Shown piece by piece: positions 29,010 through 37,462 of a DNA stretch of 38,714 bases; within the stretch, counting starts at the first letter, position 1; each line of letters starts with the position of its first letter. The stretch is from an uncultured Nitrospirota bacterium (GTDB lineage: Bacteria > Nitrospirota > Thermodesulfovibrionia > Thermodesulfovibrionales > JdFR-85): NCBI GenBank assembly GCA_964539375.1, contig CAZIIE010000003.1, positions 1-38,714 of the forward strand, given 5' to 3'. Below the pieces are notes generated by a model. That model did not search any database. It was given only the letters and a program-made list of their open reading frames with translations, and was not told the DNA's origin. The position numbers and the translations under genes were made by a program.

Positions 29010-30980
29010 CTAAAGGTGGATATGAAAGGTGCGAATTATGTAGTTAACAAATCCTCCAACGGAAAACGCAAGAAAGAATACAATAGTGGTTACAGCAAAG
29101 GCAACCCTGGGGCCTCGTTCCTTGATGATCATAAAGAGGTTTGCCAGGCAGGGGATGAAGAGCGTGATGGTTATAAGGCTTATAAGGGTCTGAAGCTGGC
29201 TGAGTTCACCCCTCTGAAAAAGGGCAAAAAGACCTGCAGCACCGTAGTCTCTCCTTAAAAAGCCCAGTATGAAAAAACCTGCTGTCTCCTCAGGGAGCCC
29301 AAGCAGTCCCTTTACAAGAGGTGAGGCACCTATTTCAATGTATCTTAACAGACCAGTTTTATCAGCAAGAAAAAGCACCAGTGTGCCGAGTATGAAAAGG
29401 GGGACAGCCTCCTTGAGGTACCACTCAATACGCCCAAGGGTTTTCAGAAGGACATTTTCAAGCCGAGGAACCCTCAGGGGGGGAATCTCAAGAAAAAACT
29501 CGGTCTTTTCTCCAGGCACAACCTTTGAGGCAAGATAGCCCGAGACCAGAAGCACCGAAAGGACGGTTAATGCCCATATTGAGGCAGCCTTGAGTGAAAG
29601 GGCTCCAAACATGCCCAGTATCACCCCTATCTGGGCAGAGCAGGGTATCGCAAGGGCAAGCAGGAAGGTGGCTATTATTCTGTCCCTTCTGGTCTCAAGA
29701 ATCCTTGTTGTCATCACAGCCATGGTGCCACAGCCAAGGCCCAGTATCATCGGCAGGATGGCCTTGCCATTCAGCCCAATCAGGTTGAATGCCCTGTTTG
29801 AAAGAATGGCAAGGCGGGGAAGATAGCCGCTGTCTTCAAGGATTGAGAAGGCAATAAAGAAGGTTGCAGTAATGGGTAGTATAATAGCAACGGAGTAGGT
29901 CAGGGCAACGGTAATCAGTCCGTACTGACCGACCAGCATATCCTTAAAAAATTGAACAGGCAGTATCAGGTCAACCAGTTTTGTAAACATTGGATTAAGG
30001 TATCTGCCAAATATTACCCCCTCAAAAAAATCCACCATCGTTCCTGCACCAAAGACACCGACAAATTCATAAACCAGAAAAAGGACAACCAAAAGCACAG
30101 GTATCCCCCACAGGGGGTGCATGCTTGTCCTCTCAAGCCACCTGAAGAGTTGTCCTCCCTCAGCCTGAATTCTCTGAACCGTCCTGTTAATTATTTTTTC
30201 AACCAGCTCAACTCTTGTTTCATTTATTATCTGGGCAAGGGGAAGTGAAAAGTTAGACTGGCATTCATCTCTGAGTTTTTCAATGTTTTCTATCTCCTCT
30301 ATAGACAGATTCGCCTTTAGCCATGCCTTTAGGCTTTCATCTCCTGCAAGTATCATCACAGCCACAGAACGCCTTGATATGCCAGAGGCTGGCAAAAGGG
30401 AAGATATCTTTTCTATATATTTTTCTATCAGAGGATGATAGGTAAATAAAAGGGGTTCAGAGTTGTAGGGAGCTACCAGTTCATCCTTCAGTTGTTTAAT
30501 GCCCTTTCTCCTTGTGGCTACAGTGCCCACTACCTTTATGCCAAGGACTTCAGAGAGCCTCAATTTGTCAATCCTGATTCCCCTGTCAAGGGCCTCATCT
30601 TCCATGTTAAGGTCCAAGATAAGGGGTAGTTTCATCTCAAGAAGCTGCACAGTAAGCAAAAGGGTGCGTTTTAGATTCTTAGAGTCAGCCACCTGAACAA
30701 CCTTGAAGGGCCTTTCCTGAAGCAGTATATCCCTGGTTACTCTTTCATCCTCACTCATCGGAATCAGGCTGTTTACCCCAGGAGTGTCAATAAGTAGGAA
30801 TCTCTCCCCCTTTAGGCTGATATTACCCCTTGAAAGCTCAACAGTTGTGCCAGGGTAGTTGGATACAGTTACATACCTGCCCGTAAGAAGCCCGAATATT
30901 ACACTTTTACCAACATTCGGGTTTCCAACAAGCACAATGGTTTTTATCGTTGAGGCGACCTTTTCTTCTGAGTTGTGCAT
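29010..30980 (-). CDS. feoB: Ferrous iron transporter FeoB
   Basis: N-terminal G domain (GNPNVGKS, DTPG) plus a polytopic membrane domain. 656 aa. Confidence 0.95.
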   Translation of the reverse strand: MHNSEEKVASTIKTIVLVGNPNVGKSVIFGLLTGRYVTVSNYPGTTVELSRGNISLKGERFLLIDTPGVNSLIPMSEDERVTRDILLQERPFKVVQVADSKNLKRTLLLTVQLLEMKLPLILDLNMEDEALDRGIRIDKLRLSEVLGIKVVGTVATRRKGIKQLKDELVAPYNSEPLLFTYHPLIEKYIEKISSLLPASGISRRSVAVMILAGDESLKAWLKANLSIEEIENIEKLRDECQSNFSLPLAQIINETRVELVEKIINRTVQRIQAEGGQLFRWLERTSMHPLWGIPVLLVVLFLVYEFVGVFGAGTMVDFFEGVIFGRYLNPMFTKLVDLILPVQFFKDMLVGQYGLITVALTYSVAIILPITATFFIAFSILEDSGYLPRLAILSNRAFNLIGLNGKAILPMILGLGCGTMAVMTTRILETRRDRIIATFLLALAIPCSAQIGVILGMFGALSLKAASIWALTVLSVLLVSGYLASKVVPGEKTEFFLEIPPLRVPRLENVLLKTLGRIEWYLKEAVPLFILGTLVLFLADKTGLLRYIEIGASPLVKGLLGLPEETAGFFILGFLRRDYGAAGLFALFQRGELSQLQTLISLITITLFIPCLANLFMIIKERGPRVAFAVTTIVFFLAFSVGGFVNYIIRTFHIHL

Positions 30981-30998
30981 GATAGGAAAAATGCTTAT

Positions 30999-31048
30999 TG
31001 AAAATTATTATCAATATCATTTTAAGAGATACTCGTAGTAAAAGTCAA
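30999..31048 (-). promoter_or_regulatory. feoB promoter with a Fur box over the predicted transcription start
   Basis: TGAAAATTATTATCA (30999-31013) matches the 7-1-7 Fur consensus TGATAATNATTATCA at 14 of 15 positions. On the minus strand: -35 TTGACT (31043-31048), 18 nt, -10 TAAAAT (31019-31024). Confidence 0.55.
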
Positions 31049-31058
31049 ACAGGGGAAT

Positions 31059-31083
31059 TGATTTCAGATTTACGATTTCTGAT
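31059..31083. repeat. AGATTTC-type short-period repeat (same type as 1948-1985)
   Basis: gatttcagatttacgatttctga, directly 3' of the tauE-like stop. It has the same orientation and position relative to the gene as the copy at the vapC 3' end. Confidence 0.5.
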
Positions 31084-31086
31084 AAA

Positions 31087-31980
31087 TCATCTGAAAAACT
31101 GTAATATATACTTCAGGGCTACTATCAATATTATCAGAGAAAGTATGAATTTTATTGTCCGCTCGGGCATATGTTTCTGCGCTCTTGCACCTAAGTACAT
31201 TCCCAATAGTCCACCGATACCGAAAAGTATTCCAAGAAGCCAGTCAGGAGGCGCTGTAACTCCACCTTTTAGGGGCAAAAGACTGTAAAAGGCAAGTCCT
31301 GAAATGGATGTCATAAAGGTGCCCATAAGCACTGCACCGGAGACCACATAAACAGGTAGGTTCAGAACACTGACCAGAAAGGGAGCAACTATAGAGCCCC
31401 CGCCAATACCGTAAATTCCACCTATTACTCCTACAAACAAAGAAAGAGAAAATACCAGCGGAACACTGAAGGATACCCTCTTACCTGAAAAGTCAAAGGA
31501 CACCCTGTTTAACGAGTAATGGACATTGTCTATCCTGAATGAAGAAGTCGTAGATGTAGGTCTGGGTGTATTTTTCTTCAGGCTTAACAATAGCCTGTAG
31601 CCGATATACAGGAGTACGATGCCAACAAAGAACTTGAAATTCCTTGGCTCTGGCAGATACCTTATTCTGATGATATATCCAACCAGCACGCCAGGCAGTG
31701 TTCCAAGGACTATGCATGCCGTAAGGGACCAGGCCATTCTGCCTTCCTTTATGTATCTGTAAACCCCTCCTGGAATTCCCACCAGATTGTAAAGGAAATT
31801 TGTTGAGCTTACCGATGGTGAGGTAAACCCAAGAACACTCATCTGAAAGGGCAGCAGAAGGAAAGCCCCAGAGACCCCTGCCATTGAGGTGAAAAAGGAT
31901 ATGCTAAAGGCAACAAGGGGTGGCAAAAACCAGTAGGTCTTGATACCGGCTACAGGGAAATAAATCTTAAGTAGTTCCAT
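31087..31980 (-). CDS. TauE/SafE (DUF81) family anion exporter-like membrane protein
   Basis: 297 aa, about 8 TM, internal duplication with G-rich helices (GIGGGSIVAPFL, GVSGAFLLLPF). Confidence 0.75.
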   Translation of the reverse strand: MELLKIYFPVAGIKTYWFLPPLVAFSISFFTSMAGVSGAFLLLPFQMSVLGFTSPSVSSTNFLYNLVGIPGGVYRYIKEGRMAWSLTACIVLGTLPGVLVGYIIRIRYLPEPRNFKFFVGIVLLYIGYRLLLSLKKNTPRPTSTTSSFRIDNVHYSLNRVSFDFSGKRVSFSVPLVFSLSLFVGVIGGIYGIGGGSIVAPFLVSVLNLPVYVVSGAVLMGTFMTSISGLAFYSLLPLKGGVTAPPDWLLGILFGIGGLLGMYLGARAQKHMPERTIKFILSLIILIVALKYILQFFR

Positions 31981-32326
31981 GATGCTTTAACCTCGCTCTT
32001 TTTTTTCTTTTAAGTTTCTGTTTTCTCTTTTTTTCAATAAGCCTTTCCCTCTGGCTCTTTCTGCCAAGAAGAAGCTGCTCAATACGGTCAGCAAGCTCCT
32101 TTCGGGCATAATATCTGTTAAGGTTCTGTGACCTTGTTCTCTGGCATTTAATCTCAATGCCTGTGGGAAGGTGTTTTAAATATACACAGGTTGAGCGTTT
32201 GTTTACATTCTGCCCCCCATGTCCACCTGAACGGACAAACTCCTCCTTTAGGTCCTGCTCCTTTATGCCAAGGGAGTCAAGCCTTTCCTTAAGTGCCTTC
32301 AGTTTTTCAGGCCCTATGGCAGGCAT
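31967..32326 (-). CDS. arfB: RF-1-domain peptidyl-tRNA hydrolase, ArfB-like ribosome rescue factor
   Basis: GGQ motif (SGGHGGQNVNKRST) and a basic C-terminal tail KKRKQKLKRKKRARLK. 119 aa. 14-nt overlap with the next gene. Confidence 0.65.
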   Translation of the reverse strand: MPAIGPEKLKALKERLDSLGIKEQDLKEEFVRSGGHGGQNVNKRSTCVYLKHLPTGIEIKCQRTRSQNLNRYYARKELADRIEQLLLGRKSQRERLIEKKRKQKLKRKKRARLKHHGTT

Positions 32327-32395
32327 GTTGTGCTAATGTCCTTTTATTCTTTTTCGGTCTCGTAATATAATATATTAAGCAAAATAAAAATTTGT

Positions 32396-34513
32396 ATGGG
32401 ATTTCTTGAATATATAAAAAGAGACTTTCAGGCCGTCTTCGAGCGTGACCCTGCTGCAAGAAGCAAGCTGGAGGTCCTTTTTACCTATCCTGGCTTTCAT
32501 GCAATAGTTCTTCACCGAATAAGCCATGCCCTTTACAAAGCAGGAGTGCCCTTTATCCCGAGGCTCCTTTCTCACATCAGCAGACTTTTAACAGGTATAG
32601 AGATTCATCCTGCAGCAAGGATTGGACCTGGTTTCTTTATTGACCACGGCATGGGAGTGGTTATTGGAGAGACCACCGAGATAGGTGAGAACTGTCTTCT
32701 CTACCAGGGCGTAACCCTCGGGGGTACTGGAAAGGAGAAGGGGAAACGCCATCCGACCCTCGGAAACAATGTGGTGGTGGGTGCAGGGGCAAAGGTGCTC
32801 GGTGCCATAAGGATAGGGGATTATGTTAAGATAGGTGCCAATGCTGTGGTTTTGAGGTCAGTGCCTGACTACAGCATAGTGGTTGGAGTGCCAGGCAGGG
32901 TAATTAAGAGGAAGGTCTTTAGGGTTACTGACCTTGGTGTGGAGGAAGCCCTTGACCACATTCATATGCCTGACCCGATAGAGGAGAAGTTCAGGGCACT
33001 TGAGGGGCACATTGCTCAGCTTGAAAGAAAGATAGAGAAGCTTGAAGGTAAGGGAGGAAAGATGAAGATCTACAACACCATGAGCCGAAAAAAGGAAGAG
33101 TTTGTTCCTGTTGAAGAGGGTAAGGTAAAGATATACGCCTGTGGTGTTACGGTCTATGACCTCTGCCATATTGGACATGCAAGAAGTGCGGTTGTCTTTG
33201 ATGTTATAAGAAGGTATTTCCTTTACAGAGGTTACGATGTAACCTACATAAGAAACTTCACCGATATTGATGACAAGATTATAAAAAGGGCAAATGAAGA
33301 GGGTATTCCCTGGCATGAGGTGGCAAGAAAATACACCGAGGAGTATTACCGTGACATGGATGCCCTTGGGATTGGAAGGGCGGATATTGAGCCGAAAGCA
33401 ACCCAGTACATTAATGAAATGATAGATATGATAAAGGGGCTTATTGAAAAGGGCTATGCCTATGTGGTTGATGGAGATGTGTTTTTTTCAGTTGACCGGT
33501 TTAAAGAGTATGGAAAGCTCTCAAAACGTTCAATGGATGAGTTGAAGGCTGGTGCAAGGGTAGAGGTTGATACCAGAAAGAGAAACCCTCTGGATTTTGC
33601 CCTCTGGAAATCCTCCAAAGAGGGTGAGCCATCCTGGGAAAGCCCCTGGGGACCTGGAAGACCTGGCTGGCATATAGAGTGCTCGGTGATGAGCATGAAA
33701 CACCTGGGCGAGACCTTTGACATCCATGGTGGTGGTGCAGACCTGATATTCCCCCATCATGAAAACGAGATAGCCCAGTCTGAGGCGTTCACTGGAAAGC
33801 CCTTTGCCCGTTACTGGGTGCATAATGGCTTTATCACCATTGCAAAGGAGAAGATGTCCAAGTCCCTGGGTAACTTCTTTACCATAAGGGATATCCTTGA
33901 TAAATTTGACCCTGAAGTGGTGAGGATATTTTTATTATCCACCCACTATCGTAGCCCAATAGAGTTTTCTGAAGAGCAGCTGAGAGAGACAGAGGCTGGT
34001 GTGGACAGGTTTTACTCCACGGTTATGAGAGTTGAGGGCTATCTTCAGAGGATGTCAAAGAAACAGAGGGAGGTACCTGAGCAGAAGAGGATGGAGGAGC
34101 TTATCGCCTCATTCAGAAAGAGGTTTGAGGAGGCGATGGATGACGACTTTAACACAGCCCTTGCCATTGGGCACATCTTTGAGATGATAAAGGAGATAAA
34201 CCGATACCTTGATTCAAAACCCTCGGGGCAGAAGGCAGAAGAGACGATAAACAGGGCAATGGATGAGCTCAGGGAGGTCTGCCAGGTGCTTAACATCTTT
34301 CAGAGAAGCCCTAAACAGTGGCACCTCTCTTTGCTTAAGACCAGAAAAATCAACATCACCGAGGAAGAGATTAACAGTTTGATAGCCCAGAGGCAGGAGG
34401 CAAGGAAGAACAAAGACTGGCAGAAGGCTGATGCTATAAGGGATGAGTTACTTCAGAAGGGCATAGTGCTTGAGGATACCCTCCAGGGAACTGTCTGGAG
34501 GGTCAAGATATAA
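32396..34513 (+). CDS. In-frame fusion: serine O-acetyltransferase (aa 1-222) joined to cysteinyl-tRNA synthetase (aa 223-705)
   Basis: N-terminus: AVFERDPAARS plus hexapeptide repeats and LDHIHMPDP (CysE). From ATG 33062: MKIYNTMSRKKEEF, HIGH (CHIGHARS), KMSKS (CysS). No stop between the two. GGGAGG (33052-33057) lies 4 nt before the internal ATG. Confidence 0.85.
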   Translation: MGFLEYIKRDFQAVFERDPAARSKLEVLFTYPGFHAIVLHRISHALYKAGVPFIPRLLSHISRLLTGIEIHPAARIGPGFFIDHGMGVVIGETTEIGENCLLYQGVTLGGTGKEKGKRHPTLGNNVVVGAGAKVLGAIRIGDYVKIGANAVVLRSVPDYSIVVGVPGRVIKRKVFRVTDLGVEEALDHIHMPDPIEEKFRALEGHIAQLERKIEKLEGKGGKMKIYNTMSRKKEEFVPVEEGKVKIYACGVTVYDLCHIGHARSAVVFDVIRRYFLYRGYDVTYIRNFTDIDDKIIKRANEEGIPWHEVARKYTEEYYRDMDALGIGRADIEPKATQYINEMIDMIKGLIEKGYAYVVDGDVFFSVDRFKEYGKLSKRSMDELKAGARVEVDTRKRNPLDFALWKSSKEGEPSWESPWGPGRPGWHIECSVMSMKHLGETFDIHGGGADLIFPHHENEIAQSEAFTGKPFARYWVHNGFITIAKEKMSKSLGNFFTIRDILDKFDPEVVRIFLLSTHYRSPIEFSEEQLRETEAGVDRFYSTVMRVEGYLQRMSKKQREVPEQKRMEELIASFRKRFEEAMDDDFNTALAIGHIFEMIKEINRYLDSKPSGQKAEETINRAMDELREVCQVLNIFQRSPKQWHLSLLKTRKINITEEEINSLIAQRQEARKNKDWQKADAIRDELLQKGIVLEDTLQGTVWRVKI

Positions 34514-34517
34514 TTGC

Positions 34518-35429
34518 ATGGAACTAATCACCATCGTATCAGACGAAGATGATACCAACAAGACCCTGGCGGAGTTCCTTGAGGGGTTTAATATAAATTT
34601 TATAAAAAACAAAACAGAGATTATTGACAGTATTTACAACAACCCTCCCACATTGATAATTTTTAACGGTGGCCTCAAGTACAGAGACTACATAAGAACT
34701 ATAAGGGATGACCAGGTGTTCAGCCACCTTCCCATTATTCTGCTCCTTGATGAAAGGGAGTTCGTAAAGCAGTGGAAGGAGTTGCCTGCCGATGACTTTA
34801 TAACCAAACCCCTTCAGAGGGAAGAGTTCATAATGAGGCTTTACCTGTCTATTGAGCGGTCAAGGCGAGTGGTTGAGGTGAACCCTCTTACCATGCTTCC
34901 AGGAAATACCCCCATTATAAAGGAGGTCCAGGCAAGGCTTGACAGGGAGGAGGAGTTTGCCCTTGCCTATGCTGACCTGGATAACTTCAAGCCCTTTAAC
35001 GATAAGTATGGCTTTTCCCGTGGTGATGAGGTTATTAAGATGACAGGAAGGCTTATCACAAATACGGTTAAGCTTTATGACCCCCATAATTTTTTTGTTG
35101 GCCATATCGGTGGTGATGATTTTGTTTATATAACATCAATTGAAAGAGTTGAACAGACCTCCAGAGAGATTATAGAAAACTTTGACGAAATCATCCCTTC
35201 CTTTTACGACCCTGAAGACCGTGAAAGGGGTTACATCATATCCTTTGGAAGGGACAGAAAGGAGAGGCATTATCCCCTGCTTACCCTTTCCATAGGAATT
35301 ACCCTTAACAGGGCATGGTTCAGACACTATGGTGAGATAAGCTCTGCAGCCACAGAGGTGAAGAGCTATGCTAAGAGTTTTGAGGGAAGTAACTATTTTA
35401 TAGACAGGCGGAGGTATAGCAGGGATTAG
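34518..35429 (+). CDS. Pseudo-receiver plus divergent GGDEF-domain protein (GGDDF motif), 303 aa
   Basis: Start at ATG 34518 (MELITIV). REC-like fold with Asn in place of the phospho-acceptor Asp (TLIIFNGG), while DFITKP is retained. GGDEF-like domain: LTMLPGN, ADLDNFKPFNDKYGFSRGDEVI, HIGGDDF. No RxxD I-site. Confidence 0.75.
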   Translation: MELITIVSDEDDTNKTLAEFLEGFNINFIKNKTEIIDSIYNNPPTLIIFNGGLKYRDYIRTIRDDQVFSHLPIILLLDEREFVKQWKELPADDFITKPLQREEFIMRLYLSIERSRRVVEVNPLTMLPGNTPIIKEVQARLDREEEFALAYADLDNFKPFNDKYGFSRGDEVIKMTGRLITNTVKLYDPHNFFVGHIGGDDFVYITSIERVEQTSREIIENFDEIIPSFYDPEDRERGYIISFGRDRKERHYPLLTLSIGITLNRAWFRHYGEISSAATEVKSYAKSFEGSNYFIDRRRYSRD

Positions 35430-36148
35430 CCCCTCTTGCGCTGCCTTAAAACCTCATAAACAATCACTCCTGTTGCAACAGAGACATTAAGGGAGTTAAT
35501 CTTTCCAAACATTGGGATGCTTATAAGGCGGTTGCACTGTTTTTTAACACTTGCCCTGATACCCCTTCCTTCTGAACCAACCACAAGGGCAAGGGGGACC
35601 CTGAAGTCTGCCTCCCAATAGGAGAGCTCTGCCTCTGAAGAGGCACCATAGAGCATAACCCCCTCGGATTTTAGAAAATCCATTGCGTGCTTTATGTTGG
35701 GCACGGCTATTAGGGGGATGTGTTCAATAGCCCCTGCAGAGGCCTTTGCTACGGTGGGGCCACCTGCAGAGCGTCTCTTCTGAACGACCACAGCATGAAC
35801 CCCAGCAACTTCGGCTGTTCGGATTATTGCACCAAGGTTATGGGGGTCTTCAACCTCATCTATCAGGAGGTAAAAGGGGAGGGTGTCCTTGTTTTTGCTG
35901 ATAGCAGGTAGGTCTTCCAGAGTGTATCTTGGAAGTTCAGCGGTCCTTGCCGCCACGCCCTGATGGGCCTTTGGAAAGGCTCTGAAAAAGGCCTTTTCAA
36001 CAAGCTGGAACTGGATGCCCTTAGCTCGGGCTAACCTGATAAGGCCTTCCCTTTTGGAATCAGAAAGACCTTTGTAAATATAGATGCTGAAGACCTTTCT
36101 TCCCGACCTGATTGCCTCTTTTACAGGGTTTATGCCATATATCCACAT
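35426..36148 (-). CDS. rlmB: SpoU/TrmH-family RNA 2'-O-methyltransferase (RlmB-like)
   Basis: IYGINPVKEAI N-terminal domain, DPHNLGAIIRTA, GSEGRGI, IPM.G...SLNVSVA. 240 aa. Confidence 0.8.
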   Translation of the reverse strand: MWIYGINPVKEAIRSGRKVFSIYIYKGLSDSKREGLIRLARAKGIQFQLVEKAFFRAFPKAHQGVAARTAELPRYTLEDLPAISKNKDTLPFYLLIDEVEDPHNLGAIIRTAEVAGVHAVVVQKRRSAGGPTVAKASAGAIEHIPLIAVPNIKHAMDFLKSEGVMLYGASSEAELSYWEADFRVPLALVVGSEGRGIRASVKKQCNRLISIPMFGKINSLNVSVATGVIVYEVLRQRKRG

Positions 36149-36182
36149 CTTTAGCCCGAAGATGAGAGAAGTATTAAGAGCC

Positions 36183-37019
36183 TTAAAGTATAAGGGAGTC
36201 TTTGTCTTTTATATTGTCCTCCACCTCTTTAAATACCTCTAAAAGGTCCTCACTGTTTAGCCCCAGGGCTGACCAGGTGGCTTCATCAATGCTATGGGCA
36301 TAGGGGTCTCCACTGAAGCCAAAACCCATCATCTTGATGATGTTTTCCGAAAGCATTACTATTGAAACAGTCTTCTTAAAGCCTCTGGAAGACAGAGGTG
36401 CATGATGAAAGGCTACAGAGTCTATCAGTTCTTCTGGAAAGTTCCACTTTGTAGTAAGCCATCTTCCAGCCTGGCTGTGGGTAATGCCGAAGACCTCCTT
36501 TTCAGCATCAACTATATAAAGCTCCCTGTCCCTGGCAATATCAAGGGCTTTTCTGTACTGTTCGGGAAAGCAAAGACTGAGCGCCACTTTTCCAATATCG
36601 TGTATAAGACCTGCCACTGATATATCATCGGTATTTTTCAACCCGAGCCTTTTTGCAACTGCTCTTGATGTAATAGCTGTACCAATAGAGTGTTCCCAGA
36701 GCCCGAGCATGCTCTGCTGCATCATGTCAAAGATGGAGATGCCCAGGAGCATCCCCTTAACTGCAGAAAGCCCGATTAACATCAGAGCCTGATGCACTGA
36801 TGATATCCTTCCCGGGAAACCGTATATTGGAGAGTTCACTATCTTTAGCACCTTTGCTGAGATTGACTGGTCCTGACTGATAAACTCACCTATCCTCTTA
36901 AGCGAAATGTCTTCGGAATCAATAAGACTCAGGATTTTAGTGACCACAGGTGGAATTGAGGGGAGTGTGCTTAGCCCCTCAATCTTTTTTCTTATGGTGG
37001 TTATGTCAGGGCTATTCAT
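36183..37019 (-). CDS. HDOD-domain signalling protein, 278 aa
   Basis: LPSIPPVVTKILSLI start, HDIGK, and overall HDOD architecture. Confidence 0.8.
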   Translation of the reverse strand: MNSPDITTIRKKIEGLSTLPSIPPVVTKILSLIDSEDISLKRIGEFISQDQSISAKVLKIVNSPIYGFPGRISSVHQALMLIGLSAVKGMLLGISIFDMMQQSMLGLWEHSIGTAITSRAVAKRLGLKNTDDISVAGLIHDIGKVALSLCFPEQYRKALDIARDRELYIVDAEKEVFGITHSQAGRWLTTKWNFPEELIDSVAFHHAPLSSRGFKKTVSIVMLSENIIKMMGFGFSGDPYAHSIDEATWSALGLNSEDLLEVFKEVEDNIKDKDSLIL

Positions 37020-37308
37020 AGATTGCTTCTATATGTTTTAAAAGGGTATCTCGGATGGTCTGCATCACGGTATTCATTTCTGCTTTACTAAGGGCCTGCT
37101 CAACCTTCTTGAGATAAAGTTCCTTTGACATCCTCGGTTCCGAGTGGCCCTCTACAAAAATAAAATCAACCTGTAGCCCTTTAAGCCTTGAAATCATCCT
37201 TTCATCAAGCTCAGCACCCTGAGGGAAAAGCACAGCACCAGAGGGGTTTGTCACATCTCTGGCAAGCACCATCCCTGACTCAGCACTATCTATCGGTATC
37301 TTCCTCAT
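37012..37308 (-). CDS. Small hypothetical protein (98 aa) co-transcribed with the HDOD gene
   Basis: The GMVLARDV..G..L...G..L...I..L pattern resembles modules I recall at the N-termini of HD-type signalling proteins. 8-nt overlap with the HDOD gene. Confidence 0.55.
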   Translation of the reverse strand: MRKIPIDSAESGMVLARDVTNPSGAVLFPQGAELDERMISRLKGLQVDFIFVEGHSEPRMSKELYLKKVEQALSKAEMNTVMQTIRDTLLKHIEAIYE

Positions 37309-37450
37309 TTAACAAAATTGCCCTTCCAGGTTCAGGCAAACATACTGGACAGTAGTTTTTTCCCTGCTCTAAAAGGCAGTCATGTCCACAGCAATCAAGA
37401 CATATACACTCATCTAAAGAAAAACCACAAACCTTACATCTGTCAGACAT
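37286..37450 (-). CDS. Unlisted Cys-rich small ORF, 54 aa (MSDRCKVCGFSLDECICLDCCGHDCLLEQGKNYCPVCLPEPGRAILLNEEDTDR)
   Basis: Hand-translated. 9 Cys, including CxxC at both ends (zinc-ribbon-like). Overlaps the next gene by 23 nt. No obvious SD. Confidence 0.35.
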   Translation of the reverse strand: MSDRCKVCGFSLDECICLDCCGHDCLLEQGKNYCPVCLPEPGRAILLNEEDTDR

Positions 37451-37462
37451 AGATAGTGAAGA

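Noticed and set aside
30998-31288. 96-aa plus-strand ORF across the feoB promoter and the tauE-like 3' end
   Set aside because: It overlaps the Fur box and promoter and is antisense to a good membrane-protein gene. It has no SD.
32375-32575. 66-aa minus-strand ORF overlapping the cysE start
   Set aside because: It is antisense to the conserved CysE N-terminus, has no SD, and has implausible composition.
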